Assembly (NCBI RefSeq): GCF_037042905.1 | Contig: NC_087251.1 | Location: forward strand, 14,386,001-14,450,000 | Direction: 5' to 3' | Origin: Lytechinus pictus | Lineage: Eukaryota | Length of the DNA stretch: 64,000 nucleotides | Shown here: positions 25,411-40,400 of the stretch, piece by piece | Layout: the number at the start of each line of letters is the position of its first letter | Position numbering within the stretch: position 1 is the first letter of the stretch | Translations under genes and position numbers: made by a program | Notes under the pieces: generated by a model | What the model was told of the DNA's origin: nothing | Database searches by the model: none | The model's input: only the letters and a program-made list of their open reading frames with translations

Positions 25411-28400
25411 GTATGATATTCATTTTGTAGTTCAATTAGATGAATCACAAAAACCATTTACTGTGTGTGTAATTAAATTTGTAAACCTAAAGTATAAACC
25501 AAATAACGAGCGTGGACCGTGCGTGGTGGTGCTGGTACAGACTACAGACAGTGCATGGATGGTGCACTGCATGTTTCTGACTCTGCAGACCATACCGCTG
25601 GCGTTGGCGTTGCGCACAGTGCAACCTGTGATGTAGACCAAAAGCTTCGGTCTCTGTAGTGTTATGTTGGTTGTTCAGCTGAACTCCGTTGGCTTCACTC
25701 ACCAAATACAGAGACCGAAGTTCTAGCGCGATCTGTACAGGGGACTCAATGGCCATATGTCTATGTGTATTATTAATAGGGAGGACAACGAGCATCCTGG
25801 AACCCGCGACACTGCCTGCGAGGAAGCCGCAGCTCGCAAATGGTCCCAATGTCAAAGTATCTTTGCCAATGTTGATGCAAAATGAAAACACGATAAATAC
25901 AATAAAAAATCTTTTAAAAATATAAATCTTAACATCTTCAAGATAAAAACAACACTCATACTCACAAATACTATACTTGTCCCTACTATTATCGTTCGTT
26001 ATCTAAAAACTGGCCGATGCCGAAGATTTCAGTGGATTTTGTACCCAATTCCTCCCGAGTTTTCTCTCTAAACGCACGGCGAGACCAATGCGGAAGTGAC
26101 CGTGTTTTTCCACATTTTGATCATTAAATTGCTTGGGATTGGCAACTGGTAAGTCTATGAAAAATGTGGGCTAACTTCAGCGAAAGAACTTTTGATAGAG
26201 ATTCTGACGTCAAAAGTACATAGGCCCCGCCCCCTCAATCCAGAAATAATGATGAAAAAACTAAAAAAAAATATGATCCCGTGCATTTTTTGAGCTGCAC
26301 ATTATATGGTCGTTAGAAAATCGTATTCTAGTGTTATTCCTGTTGGTTTCATGCCAATACCTATCAGGGTTTTGGATTCCCAAGCAAAAAACTAAAAATG
26401 ACGTCATCCAGTGCTGTTGAATATTCACGTTTCCGACGATCTTTTCGATCACATGGTTACGATTCCTCATGAATATTGATGAATCGGTAGCGTGGCGCGA
26501 CGCTTGACTTTTACGTCTAGTCTAAAAAACAGTCCTTTTTTTGAAAATATTAAGAGAAATACAGTCGCTGCCATGTAAAGTGAGGAAAATCAATCGAATG
26601 AAAAAAATAAAAGACTGGATATTAGTCTAAATTATTTATGAATGGAATTTTCCACAACTTGAATGGAAAGACCGCATGCGAGAGATCAAATGGCACATGT
26701 TCGACCCCAAGCCTGTCAAGAGACCCAGGGAATTCCCCTGATTGACGCAGAAATTCAAAGCTTGATCGATGGGCTTCAACATTCTATTTGAAGAAATAAA
26801 ATTCAGAGAGGATGAGAGAGCGTGAGAGAGATAGGGGGGGGGGAATATCTGGGATTAAATTGCTGATAATACAATGAAACTGTTATTTAAACTAAAAAGT
26901 TATTTTTATAATTTAGCTCTAAAAAAATAGATATAATTGTTATTTGTTTAGACCTGTTTTTATTACTTTTTCTACTTGCCTTTATCAAAGATTTTCCACT
27001 GTTGCTTTTACTCTGCTTGACTCATTTTTTATATTTTATTTTCTATTTTTTTTTTTTTTTTGGGGGGGGGTGTAAATTGTTACCTAGAGGTATGCAAATC
27101 TGGGCGTATCTTCTGTGATGAACTTGCACCAGCTCCACCATTCCACCTGGGCAGCTTCCTCGTTGGAGTAAAAGAATAAATATATGTCTTCGTGGAGACA
27201 AAAACTGCTGCATTTGATATGATAAACAAAAGAATATGCCTTTAATGTCATAAAGACATTGATATCTTTGCAATACGCCACAGCAGGCATTGTTGCACGT
27301 GTTGCACTGCACCGTATCGTATTTGATTTGATGAATGAAATGAAAATAAGAACGGGTTTCATGACCGTGAACCAAAGGGCACAGAGTAACTTGAACTTGT
27401 AAATGGGGAAATTCCACTCAAACATAAAAGAGTATTCTAAGCATAAAACTGAAATAATTGATATGTTTGATACAGTGCTATATTGTTATGGATGTTTATG
27501 ATTTAGAGGTAAAATTAATGTTTATGATATAGAGGTAAATTATGTTTGTTTCTACTGATACTTTTACCGATGTGTTCAAGTCACCCCCATTAATAAATGA
27601 ACTTTCAAACTTTAACGATGAAAACAAGACCCAACTCGTCTGGCATTTCTCATCATGGATCTCCGCAACTTAGACAGAAGAGCGCAAATTTGTTCAGTTT
27701 TTTTTAATTTTCCGGTAAAAGGAGCACTCATCACAAGTTCTATTTATTATATTAGTTTGATCAGTACATTTTCCAGAATACATAACATTAATTATTTGCA
27801 TGATTCGTTTCAAGAAGTTCATTTTTTCATTTTTTTTCAAAATTTCGACGTGATAATACATTTAATCAATGGCCAAGGACCTGGATTGGAAGAAGTTATC
27901 GGCACGTGCCAAGTTTTTAAGTTTTACTAGGTGAGTACTAAAAAAAATTGTACAGTGGGAATTGGAAGCAAGTTTCAGGACATGTTGCTGATGAAATAAA
28001 AATGAGGTGTAATGAGGCTAATCAGTATTATAAATATTATGTAAAAAATAAAAGTAAACTAGATTCATTTATTTTTAATGGCTGTTACGTTTAAAAAAGG
28101 GGGAAAAAATATTTATAATTACTAAAAATAATATCCTAAAATTGGCAACGGCATGTCATGACTGTGGCTAAGGCCGGTCGTCTAGTACCGTATATGCAGT
28201 GCATCAGTACCGGGTGCGCTGGCCGTGGCATGTCCGTGGCTACGTTCGGAGTTCTGACGGAGAAGAAAAGATGGAAATAACTTCCACCAAAAATATGATC
28301 TAGAAGTCGGATATGTCAAATGATCATCATTTTATAGGTATGAAATATGAATCATCGTTTATTTTTAAAGTAAATCGTAAATTTCTATTTATGGGGAGAG

Positions 28401-31400
28401 TTTTACTTTTTAGAATGCATTTTTCGTAAATAACGTCTCGTGCACAAGCTACCACAGACTACGAGCCGGGCTGCAGCGGCAAATTTAAAATTGAATATTA
28501 ATTTAAGGAGGTCGTTCGAAACTAGCTATTCATCGACCATTTTACGTGACAACTAGCTTCGGGGAAGTTAGGGGGCTGAATCGGTTATCTCTGTCCCTTT
28601 CTGGTCTCACAAAGGCCATAGTTTGACACTTAATATCTTCACTTTTTGGAAACCTTTGGAACTGGGAGTTGGTATGTTTGCTTTGATTTTGTTTTCTCTT
28701 TCATGTCATTGTAAATAAAAATGTGAAGACGTTCAAATAAAAATTTTAGGATTTCAATTTGTCCACCCTATCCAGGTTTGGATAAAACAGGGCAGTGAAG
28801 TTGCGCGACAGCTGAGGTAAGTCACTGTTTTTGTTCCTTTTAACTTGATTTTCCCTGTTTTTTGGCATTCAATGCCAAGAGGGAATATTAATTTGCATTT
28901 CGGTCGCTTTAGTTTTCAAAAGTTTGATTCATTAAAGACAAAAATTGAAGAGCCCCGACGGGGGGATTTTGCATTGTAAGTCCCCTAATGGTGGCTGCAC
29001 GATAGCGAGCCGTCTGTATGAGGAGAAATTAAAAAAATTAAAAAATGTTAAAAAACTCCTCGAAACAGACGGCTGTCAGCTGTCTACCTGTGATGCTGTG
29101 TGTGTGACTGTGGACAGTGTGGTGAAAAGTCTTTAAAATATCCTTTTTGTAAAAAAATATAACTCAGTTCCATTCATTTATGATTTTTTATTATTAAGTA
29201 GGGGTTCATTTTTTTTGTATTCACTGGAGTGCAGAATGGAACCTCAAAAACGAAAAGTTCTGTTGCGATACCTCTCGCTCTCCATCTTTCAAATTCAAAA
29301 CAAAATGGCCGATCGAGACCGAGGCTATATTTTGTTTTTTTGAGGTTCCAGTCTGTGCCTCGATGTCAGGATTTGTGTGTCACTATAGACCTTCATCCAT
29401 ATAATCGTGGTACATGTAAGTGCGTAATTTCTGTTTCCACATTTTATAAAGATTACTATTGTATTGAGATCCCAATCTACCCCAGTCCTGTGTCTCCCTC
29501 GTTTTGCACGGTCGACTCCTGGGTTCCGTTCGCGGGCCGGAGCTCCCTGGGTTATATGTAGGTTAACATTTTTCTCTGTTACTACTTCCTGTGTGCGGAA
29601 ATAAGGCTGGCAATGTTTGGCTTATTCTCTCTTTTTTGGGGGAAACAAATGCTTGATTTTTTTACATTATTTTTTTTCCATTATAACTATTCATCATATA
29701 GCTTGGTAAATTGAAGTCTAAGTATTTTTTCTAAATTAAAAGTAGAAATTGAAAATGAAAATATTCTTGAAATTTTACTTTCCAACAAACGCAAGTTGCA
29801 CAGTAGATATTGGATCTAGACTACTCGATTACTCAAAATAATGAAAATCAGTTATTTGTAGACAAAATAGGCCTACACAATCAATTAGTTAATCCATTAA
29901 TCTACAGAAAGAAAAAAAAAATGTTCCTCAAACAGATTTTCAAAGTTACTTAAAATATAAAGTAATGCTGAAGAGAATATTCCAGAAAAAGGAAGGTTAG
30001 CATGAGAAATTTTACATTTTAAGCTTACATATATATATCTTTTTTTTTTTTTTTTATATCACCTTTATTCAAAACAAAACAAAGGGAAGTTGCAAACAAT
30101 GAAAATAAGTCCAGGTTACTCGTTTTTTTAGGACGAAGTACAGGACTAATAAAATAATTACAGATATACAATATATAACATATCACAATCAAATTTACAT
30201 AAAACGATTATACATTGTACATTGATGATTGCAGAAAAGAAAATTGAAATAGATCAAGCACACACCCTTACAGCTGAAATGAAGAGAGGATAGAGGGGAG
30301 ATAGAAAGAGTGAACTTGATGAAGAGAAATAGGAGGAGGAAAAAGTGTGACGAGCAAAAAGAAGGGGGGAAACAGGATAAAGGGGAAGGCAGAGAAGGAG
30401 AATGAAGAAAAAGAGGGATAAGAAGAAGTAAGGGAGTGCAATACAAAGTTTTGTGAATAAGATATTGCATTATTGGCATATAATTTACTTTACAAAAATC
30501 ATCTACCTACTTATACATCCAGAAGACTAGATGAGCTGACAAGATAGTGGAAAGGTGAAGATAGGGAAATAGTAGAGGGAGAGAGAGAGAAAGAGAAAAA
30601 GAGGGTTGAGAGAAAGAGGGGAGGAAGAGTGGAAAGGTGAGTGAAAGAAGAGAAAAGAGAGAAGAAGCCTTCCCGTACACATGGTACATGTCGTGATTTC
30701 TCGATCTAAAAGATTCATATCTGTCCATTGCGGCTCTGCCCGAGCATTGAAGATGACATAAGACCCCACAAGAGCTAGTTTGCTTATCTTACGAATGGTG
30801 TCCTTACATACTCTACTATTTACAAGAGTATGGCCTCCTGTCAACGACAAGGCTGTTTGCCGATGATTGTGTCATTTACACTTCTGGCACAAATTCTAAT
30901 GACTTTCAAATCCTCCAAGACGATCTGTCAAAACTAGAAGAGTGGCAGAATAAATGGGCCATGTCCTTCAATCCAGCCAAATGTGTCATCATGAAAATAC
31001 CATCCAAGGCAGTACAGATTCCAACAGAAAGAGATTACACCTTCTGTGGCCAAAAACTACAAGAAGTGTCTACATGCTCTTACCTTGGTGTTGAAATGGA
31101 TAACAGGATGCGCTGGGACGCCCAGATCAACAAAGTCTGCTCCAAAGCTTCCAGAGTACTCGGTTTCCTGAGAAGGAACTTTTGGTCTGCTCCCAAGGAA
31201 ATAAAACAACTTTCCTACCAAACGTTGGTGAGACCAATCCTGGAATACGCCTCCCCTGCATGGGATCCCCATTACAAGAAGGATACCCAGAAAATAGAAG
31301 CCATTCAGAGAAAGGCAGCTCCTTTCTGTATGGGGAACTACAGACAAACCAGTAGCGTCACAACCATGTTACGGGCCTTAGAATGGGACTCATTGGAAGA

Positions 31401-34400
31401 CAGACGGAAATACAGTAGACTGAGCCTAATGTTCCAAATAATCAAAGGTCTTGTTGCCATCAACCCCAAAAACTTCATCCAGCAAAACACCCGGCAGACT
31501 AGAGGAAATAGTATCAAGCTCCAGCGTCTACTAGTCAAAAGGGATGTTCATGGATACAGCTTCTTCCCTCGAACTACCAAAGATTGGAACGAGTTAAACA
31601 TGGACACAACATTGATAAACTCATTAGACTCTTTCAAATCCAAACTCAATCAAAAACCTAGCAAGTGACCTGCTTACTTGGTGATTTCACACACATCAAT
31701 AAAGTTGGCGGAGTACAGCAAGTCTGCATATGCCGACTTAACCCAAGACAAGACAAGACAAGACAAGACGGAAAATCTTAATCTGTTGTTTGTTTTCTTT
31801 AGTAATAACACCTCGACTTCCAACTGTGTTTCACAATTGGCTGCCCTAATGTCCTCATTCAGTTGTGCATATCGTTCTAGTTTCCTCACTCTAGCTCTTG
31901 GAATATTGGGCTCAAATGGTACTGTGAGCTCAGCCATCACTACTTGGGGTATATCTCTGAAGAATAGTACCAAATCCGGCTTTCAGTTGTCGGCATAATG
32001 TTAGGGGGAATCGTTCCCCCACCCACTAACCAGGAAGATCTGCAAATATTGTCACAGGAATCATATTTTCTCCTGCTATTCTTTTCAGTTCATTTGCAAT
32101 ATGATGCAATATGCTGTTGTGTCTATAGGTAAACCGGACCTGATCAAGAGCTATCGAGCAGGAATTTAGGATATGCACAAGTGAACCTCTACACCTACAC
32201 AAGCTACATGTTTCATTAAGTTTCTTGCCCCACATTTTCAAGTTTTCTGGAGTTGGGAGACAGTCGATTGCTGCCCGGGTTGCAAAACTTAAGAGACCTT
32301 TTGGGAGACCATACATGATCCCTTTCCATGTGAGGTCACTCTCTTCCTCCTCTAACAATTGTAAAAGATTGCCTTGTTTAGCGAGAGAAGATATACGGTC
32401 AGACCATTTCTCATGTTTGTTCTCTAATATAACACTCTTCAAAACCCATTTTACCCCTTTCCATGATTGAGATTCAGTAACATTTTCTGTTGCATTGATC
32501 ATTTCCATAGATTTTGTAACACCGAAGTTTTTTTGTCTCACCTGCATAGCAGAGTGAGACTATAGGCGCCGCTTTTCCGACGGCGGCGGCGGCGTCAACA
32601 CCAAATCTTAACCTGAGGTTAAGTTTTTGAAATGACAGCATAACTTAGAAAGTATATGGACCTAGTTCATGAAACTTGGCCATAAGGTTAATCAAGTATT
32701 ACTGAACATCCTGCCTGAGTTTCATGTCACATGACCAAGGTCAAAGGTCATTTAGGGTCAATGAACTTAGACCATGTTGGGGGAATCAACATCAAAATCT
32801 TAACCTAAGGTTAAGTTTTTGAAATGTCATCATAACTTAGAAAATATATGGACCTAGTTCATGAAACTTATACATAAGGTTAATCAAGTATCAGTGAACA
32901 TCCTGCATGAGTTTCACGTCACATGACCAAGGTCAAAGGTCATTTAGGGTCAATGAACTTTGGCCGAATTGGGGGTATCTGTTGAATTACCATCATAACT
33001 TTGAAAGTTTATGGATCTGATTCATGAAACTTGGACATAATAGTAATCACGTATTACTGAACATCCTGTGCAAGTTTCAGGTCACATGATCAAGGTCAAA
33101 GGTCATTTAGGGTCAATGAACTTTGGCCAAATTGGGGTATTTGTTGAATTGCCATCATATCTCTATAAGTGTATTGGTCTAGTTCATAAAACGTGGAAAT
33201 AAGAGTAACCAAGTATCACTGAACATCTTGTGCGAGTTATAGTAGTTTTCAAAATCAGCACTGCTGCTATATTGAATCGCGTGATGCAGGTGAGACGGCC
33301 AGAGGCATTCCACTTGTTTATTTAGACACCCACTTGCTCTCTCTGTTAACTTTAGACATGACCGCATGTTTCACTTTTGTATCCCCTTTTGATAGTGTTA
33401 TTTATTATGTATTATTTTGTTCTAAAATGTCTTTTTACAAAATGAAATTTGCATTTTGTTGAATATATTGTAATTGCAATGTTTATTTTAATATTTCATA
33501 AAACGGCTCCACACTAACCCTTTTTTTCTACTGGTCCAACCTATTCATGTCGGACCAGTTTTTCCATTTTTTACTGGTCCGATCCTAAAATCTACTGGTC
33601 CCAAAAAATAAAGAAAACATTAAGAAAAGGCGCGAGTTTAATTTGCTGTCCTTTCTCGTTACCCCCCCCCCAAAAAAAAAAATGAATGAAAGACAAAAAG
33701 AAAGAACTAAAGGAAGAAAGAAGGAAAGGAAGGAAGGAAAGAAAGAACAAAAGTAATAAAGGAATTTAAAAAATGAAAGTAAAGAAATGAAGCAAGCAAT
33801 AAAGAAAGAAAGAACAAAAGTAATAAAGGAATTTAAAAAATGAAAGTAAAGAAATGAAGCAAGCAATAAAGAAAGAAAGAACAAAAGTTAGAAAGTAATG
33901 AAGGAAAGAAAGAAGGAAAGACGCAATAAAAAGAGAAAGAAAGGGTAAAAGGAGAGATGGAAAGAATGAAAAAAGAAAGGAAGAAAGAAAGGTAGGAAGG
34001 ATTGAAAGAAGGAAGAGAGGAATTAAGGAAGAAATAAAGAAAAGGTAAAACGATTGAAAGAAAAAAGAATGAAGGAAAGAAATAAAAAAGGAAGGAAGAA
34101 AGCAAGCAATATAAAAAAGAAAGAAAAGGTAAAATAGATGAAAGGAAGAAAAAAAAGAAAGACAGAAAGGAAGGAATGAAGGAAAGAAAGAATGAAAGAA
34201 GAAAGGAAGCAAGCAGTAAAAAAAAAAAAAAGGTAAAAGGATAGATGAAACAAAGGGAAAAAAGAAAGAAAGAACAAAAGACAGAAAAAAGGAAGGAATG
34301 AATGAAAGAAAGAAAGGGCTGAAAGAAGGAAGAAATAAAAACAAAGGGTAAAGAAAGGATGGATGGAAGGAAGAAAGAAACAAAGAATGAAGGAAAGAAA

Positions 34401-37400
34401 GGGTAAAAAGAAGAGATAAATATAGGACGGATGGACTCAAGAATTACATAAAGAAAGAAAGAAATCCAAAAAGAAAGAGAGAAAAATATTTTTTTAAAGG
34501 ATAGAAAGAATGAAAGGACGAAAGACAAAAAAGGAAAAAATTAAAAATGAAAGACAGTTACAAAAAGATGAAAGAAGAGAGGGAAGAAACAAAGAAAGAT
34601 TGAAAAGAAAGAGAACAGAGGAAGAAAGCTAAAACTATCATCATAAATAAATTAACAGTTTCTTTTTGGCTCAATTAAAATATACTGGTAGCCACGAAAG
34701 AAACCAAGTGTTTCAACACACACACAAATGCATATGTGGGGCTATCATGTATTCAGACAATATCACTCGAAACCTGATCTGTTTGAACTAAATCAGAAGT
34801 GAAAATTTCCCCTTTTACTGCTTACAAATGACCGAGTTACCCCAATTTTTAGGAAATATGGACATTATAAGAGCTTTTCATGAGTGTGAAATGTCAATTT
34901 AGACAGTTCTGTGAGAGATTTCTGCCAGAGGTTAGCCAAGCTTCGTTTGTGCAGCCAGTAGAAAATTTACCATGTGGGCTGTGTGGCCGGCTGGCTGTAT
35001 GTTACCCTGGTAAAAATTGCATGTGATTCATTCTGTGTGTATCTGTGTGTGAATGACAGAAAATCACGGGAGGAAAATGGTTTGCAATTTGAGTCATGGA
35101 ATATTTTTTATGTTTATGTTAGACCAGTGAATTTGACCATTTCTGGAAAAGTTACTGGCCCAACAATGGTTTTTATTACTGGTCATGTCAGACCCATAAG
35201 TCTTGCTATTTTTTGAAAAATTACTGGCCCGACAATAAAATTTTTTACTGGTCATGTCGGACCAGTAAATCTTGCTATTTCTGAAAATCTACTGGCCCGA
35301 CAGCGATTTTTACCGGTCGGGACCGTCGGACCGGCGCTAGTGTCGAGCCCTGCATAAAATCTTGAAATGTACCGCCATGTTTTGCGGCCTTAATTCGAAA
35401 AACTCCACCCTTCGTTTGACATACACTGTAGCAGATTGCAAGTTCAAAAGTTAGTGTATACGAGCACCGTATGCGATTTGCCACCCAGAAGTTGTAGCGG
35501 TCATTGGTTCCCTCATTATGCTTGGACCCCACGTCGAATAAAGGAATTCCAGGAGCATGCCGTTGACTTGATTTCTGTGCAATTTTTTATTTTTTTGATA
35601 TGTCATTTGAAGATATGATCCTAAATTTGCAAGAAAGTTTGTGAACTCAGAACAAAACCACAGAGTTTCGTTTTTAGCGTATTTTTGCAATACCAGTCTT
35701 TTATACACTGGAAATGGAAGTCTAGGTCAAAGGTCATTTGAGGCAACGAACTTAGGAATTTGTTATCAAATTAATGTTTTTTTTTTTTTTTTAAGTACAT
35801 GTAGGCCTACATGTATGTATTTTCCATCTTGGTTGTTTTCAAAGTTAGCATCGCTGAATTGCGTATTACGGATGAGACTGCCAAGGCATTCCACTTGTTC
35901 TTTTTTTCCATTTTTTTATACTTGATTTGTAGAGGGGGGTTCCCTTTACTTTTTGATGTCACTCCTACATACATGTATGTACAAAAACAATATTATGTAT
36001 AATTTACTGTGTATTTACTCACATGTCTTACCAGGACTTATTTGAGGAACAGCACAAAAATTTGCCATCATGTGTCATCCATGTAAGCAACCTTTCCGAG
36101 AATGTGAGTGATGTAGATGTGGTGGAAGCCATGCAGCATTTTGGAAACATCAGGTATTGCCCATCCCCTTTTTCTTTCAATTTATGTGAGTGACTATTGG
36201 TACATGTATGTATGCATGATGATTTAAATAATATTTCACTCAACAGTGCCATTTTGTATAATAGCTACTTCGTCCAATAGCCCTTTATTCCATGTAACAT
36301 TTGGATTAATCGGACTACATGTAAGTGTTAATTGGGCAAAATGAATGAAAAGAAAATAGGAAGTAAACCAACTGGTTATAGACGAAATGGTCATAGAGTT
36401 AGTGATTAGACGAAGTGATGATTGGACCAAATGGCTGTAAGACGAAATGTTGATGGACCAAATGGCATAAGACTAAATGAAGGTAGACCACGTGATGAGT
36501 GGACAAGTTGGCAATACAAATGTGCAGTTTTAAGTGGTCTCACAGGAGCACGTTGTACATGTAGCTCTATCCAGCTATTGATATCGACAGCTGAAACACT
36601 GCTTTATCAATTAAAAATGTTTCTGTTTTCAAAGTTTCATGCATTTATTTGATTTATGTTTACTCATAGTTTCTCCCCAGCAAACTATTTAGTTATTTGA
36701 GGTGCATTAGTAATAATTGAGTTAAAAAACCTTCATTGTTCTTTCTGAGCAGCAATGTTATAGTGCTTATATTGTATATACATGTAGGTGAGTTGTATGT
36801 TAATGGCTCAATAATGTGAATGTTATCTTTTCATGGTCATGTTTCATTTTACAGCTTTGTTCATCGAATCGCGAAGGGTGTGGCTCTCGTGGAGTTTGAG
36901 GATATTAAGAGCGCCAAAAGTTGTGTTGAATTCACTCTGGTGAGTCATGAAAATTCATTTGTTTTGGTGGAAGGTATTGAGATAATTGTTAATAAAGGCT
37001 GAGGTGGACCATCAAAGATTTTGCGGTAAATTTTCCAGTATGAAAAAAGGTTGATATTTTCACTAATTGGAAAGATGATTTTCATTTATTGTACAATGGA
37101 AATATAGCTGAATTAAAATGAAGGAGGGAAAGGAGAAGAATCCTAAGCCGAGACCCCCCCCCCAAAAAAAAAAAAGGAGGGGGAACATGCACTTTTCCTC
37201 TTTGGTGAAGTATCTTTATAAATGCTGACTACAGATTTTTTTTGTTATGATTACATATAGGCTCATTCAACTAATGTTATTAACGTAGGAGGAAAGGCGG
37301 CTACAGTTGACTACTCAAACAGTGCAAGGATCATCCGACCTGGGTGAGTTTGGATTTTTTTTCTGATAGGATCTATAAATAAAATCATGATCTTATTCAT

Positions 37401-40400
37401 TTTGACAAAGCAGGGGCGAAAATGTAAATTTATTCAATTTCCATACAATGCAGGAAATTACGAATGCAATTTAACCCTTCCCCTTGATATACCAGTATTT
37501 ATAATTTATATAGTCATTAATGGATAGATTTGCTGTAAAAATACCTCCATCATGTTTTCTAGCTTTTTCCATCTAGTCCTCTTTTTGTGTATTTATGCAC
37601 ATCTTTAACAGTACCAGAACAAGAAACATTCTTCTTGTGAACTACACACACTGTACATGTATTGTTGTCCAGTGTTAGATAATAAAGATAAAATGAATGG
37701 TTTAACTATTTATGGTTACATGAAAATTCACTGATCAATTGATGTTATTATGTTGAACAGAGAAAATGACAGCGAGGCAAACAATGTACTTCTCATGACA
37801 ATTGTTAGACCCAAGTTCAATATCAGCACGGTAAGTTTAAGTACTCATTTGTCAATAATTTGTGGTCGAATATTACTGCAAATTTTGTATCTTCAGTTTT
37901 AAGAACCTTGTGCTTAATAGTCGTACATCAAGATCTGTTGCATTGGATAAAAGATTTGAAAGATGTATTTCATATTGTGCATTTTTATAATCTCATTGCA
38001 AAGGAACATTTACATTGTAATATCCCTTTTAAGGATCAAGCTTTTCCAATTCTTCACAATCAATATTCAAACAAATGGAAATATTAACTGTGCAAGTATT
38101 TTGCATTTATTGGTATTTTCATCTTTCTCTCTCCATATTTATAATTTTTTCAGGATGTCATTCATACCATCTGCAAAAAATATGGAAATGTCCTCCGCAT
38201 TGTCATCTTCAGGAAGAACGGTACCCAAGCCATGGTGGAATATCCTTTACATCATTTTGCTGTCTTTATTTTTAACCCTTATTCCAATTTCCCCACACCA
38301 AATCTACTTTAATTGTGCCTGTGTTTTCTTTTATGTCTTTAAATGTCTGTGAGTTCCGTGAGCGTGCAGTAGACAAAATCATATGGATGCAAAATTGCAT
38401 GTGAATGGATTAAAAATTGGACAAATGATGCCATAATTGTAATATAGGCTGAATGATTGATATCAAACAACCAATCAAATGACAAGGATTTGTTTTAACG
38501 TGTCATATAATATACAAATAATGAATGTTTATGAGTGAAATAGATGGAATATTTCATTGGGAGGATTAAAACTGACAATAGAGTTCCAGGATAATGTAGA
38601 AATCACAATAGAGAATACCAAGGTTGATGAGTTCCAGGTAAGAAGATTGATGATGATTGAAGGTGAAAGGAATGTAGTAGAGTGGCAGCAAAGGTATACA
38701 GTACTTACAATATATCAAGTAGATGGGACTGTAGTTAATGATGAGTAGAAATCCAAAAAAAAAAAAGCATACAGGACAAAAGTTAAGTTCCAAAAGAAGT
38801 GTTTGAAATGTACTCCTGGGCGATACATATGCTTATTCCAACATCACGCACTTGTTGTCACAATGGCTATATAATCCTAGATCAATGAAAATAAACAAAA
38901 TTCTGGGAGTCTAAAAGTCAATCTTCAAAAGACGGATCCTTTTTAGGATGAACATATGCCCAAGAAAGAATGCATGGTGTACCGTGAAAGTACTATACTC
39001 TGCTGTTGATGATGATGAAAGAACTATCCTTAATTCGTTCAGCACGTTTGACAACATTCAGAGTGCCACACAAGCCAAGCAGAATCTGCACAACTGTGAC
39101 ATCTATGCTGGTTGTTGCACACTCAAGATTGACTATGCAAGGGTATGTGATTTCCTCCATATACTAATTCTTATTTATAGCTAGTACTTTCTATATACCC
39201 TAATAATAAATGACCACCTTGTTATAGACAACTCAGTAGTCTGTATAAAAATGAATTTATGAATATGTCATCTCTGGAGAAATAAATGACACATGAAGCT
39301 TGAGATCCTGTTGCTCTCCGAGCCTATGAAAAAAAAAGTGAAAACAATTTGAAAGAATGAAGTGCAAATGCATTTACATATATACATGTACAGTATGTGC
39401 TATTCAATTTAAAAGATATTTCATTTGATTTTAAATCTATGAAAAGAAAGAGTGTTTGAAATCAGTACAATATATATGGTACATGTATTCCACTTTCTAT
39501 CATGAGACCGATTTCACCTTTTTACTTATTTACATATGCAGCCTAAAACCCTGACTGTCTACAAGAATGACGGAGAGACATTTGACTACACTAAGCCTGG
39601 TTTGAATGCAGGTAAGCTCTCGTGGAATTATGGACAATTTTTTGTTAAAAAGACACATAGAAAATGTTTGGCAATATAAAGAAAAGAAAGAATTGGCCAA
39701 GTTTTCCCACTTGAGTTCATGCCAAGTGGCATTTGTATTGAGCGTACATGTAATGCTGAACCTCTAATTAAGAGGGCTAGTTTGGATATTGTGATGGTAA
39801 ATCAATCTTTCCTTGAACGATGGATACTAGCATGTTGGTTGATTTGATTCTTTTCTCTTTTTTTGAATTAGTTGTTCTCAATCAAAACATAGGACAGAAT
39901 TCATCCTGATTTAAATGAACATCTCTGAAGTGCTACATTTTGAATGTATAAACTGATAGTGCCAGAACTTTATTTTTGATATTTGAGTGAGCATTTGCTA
40001 CTTATTCCTAATATGAGGGCATTTATTATTCAATGGTATTTATGATTATATAATGGAAAGTATATTTAATCAAAATTTGACTAGTTAAGACTAATTTTGT
40101 TTGGTGATTTGTACATTTCATAACAAACTGTGTTTTTTATCACAATTTGATTACGACATACACAAATCATAACTGCATATAAAAGATCATTGTATAAATA
40201 CAGTAGAACTCGTACGCAGTCTTTTCAATTTGATCACAAAGAGATCTTGGCGTTGTTTATGTAAATAGTCCTGATTGATCCAAATCAAGTATTCATGTAT
40301 AAACCTGTATGGTTGTATCTACTGCATTCATTATTTGTATCAATACTTAAATGGTTGATTTGAGTCAATTTAGACTGTTTATGAGAATGGTCCAGGTCTA

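Noticed and set aside
25280..25925. ORFs 25280-25636, 25487-25891 and 25689-25925 as separate genes
   Set aside because: They overlap the real exon 1 in another frame or lie in the GC-rich start of intron 1; no recognisable domains.
27869..27930. ATG...TAG|GTGAGT (MAKDLDWKKLSARAKFLSFT) as the first coding exon
   Set aside because: Ends in phase 2, incompatible with the phase-0 acceptor at 36035, and has no hnRNP L similarity; 25324-25410 fits on both counts.
33585..34528. 224-231-aa F/S/L-rich 'membrane protein' ORFs
   Set aside because: Translations of a GA/TC low-complexity tract.
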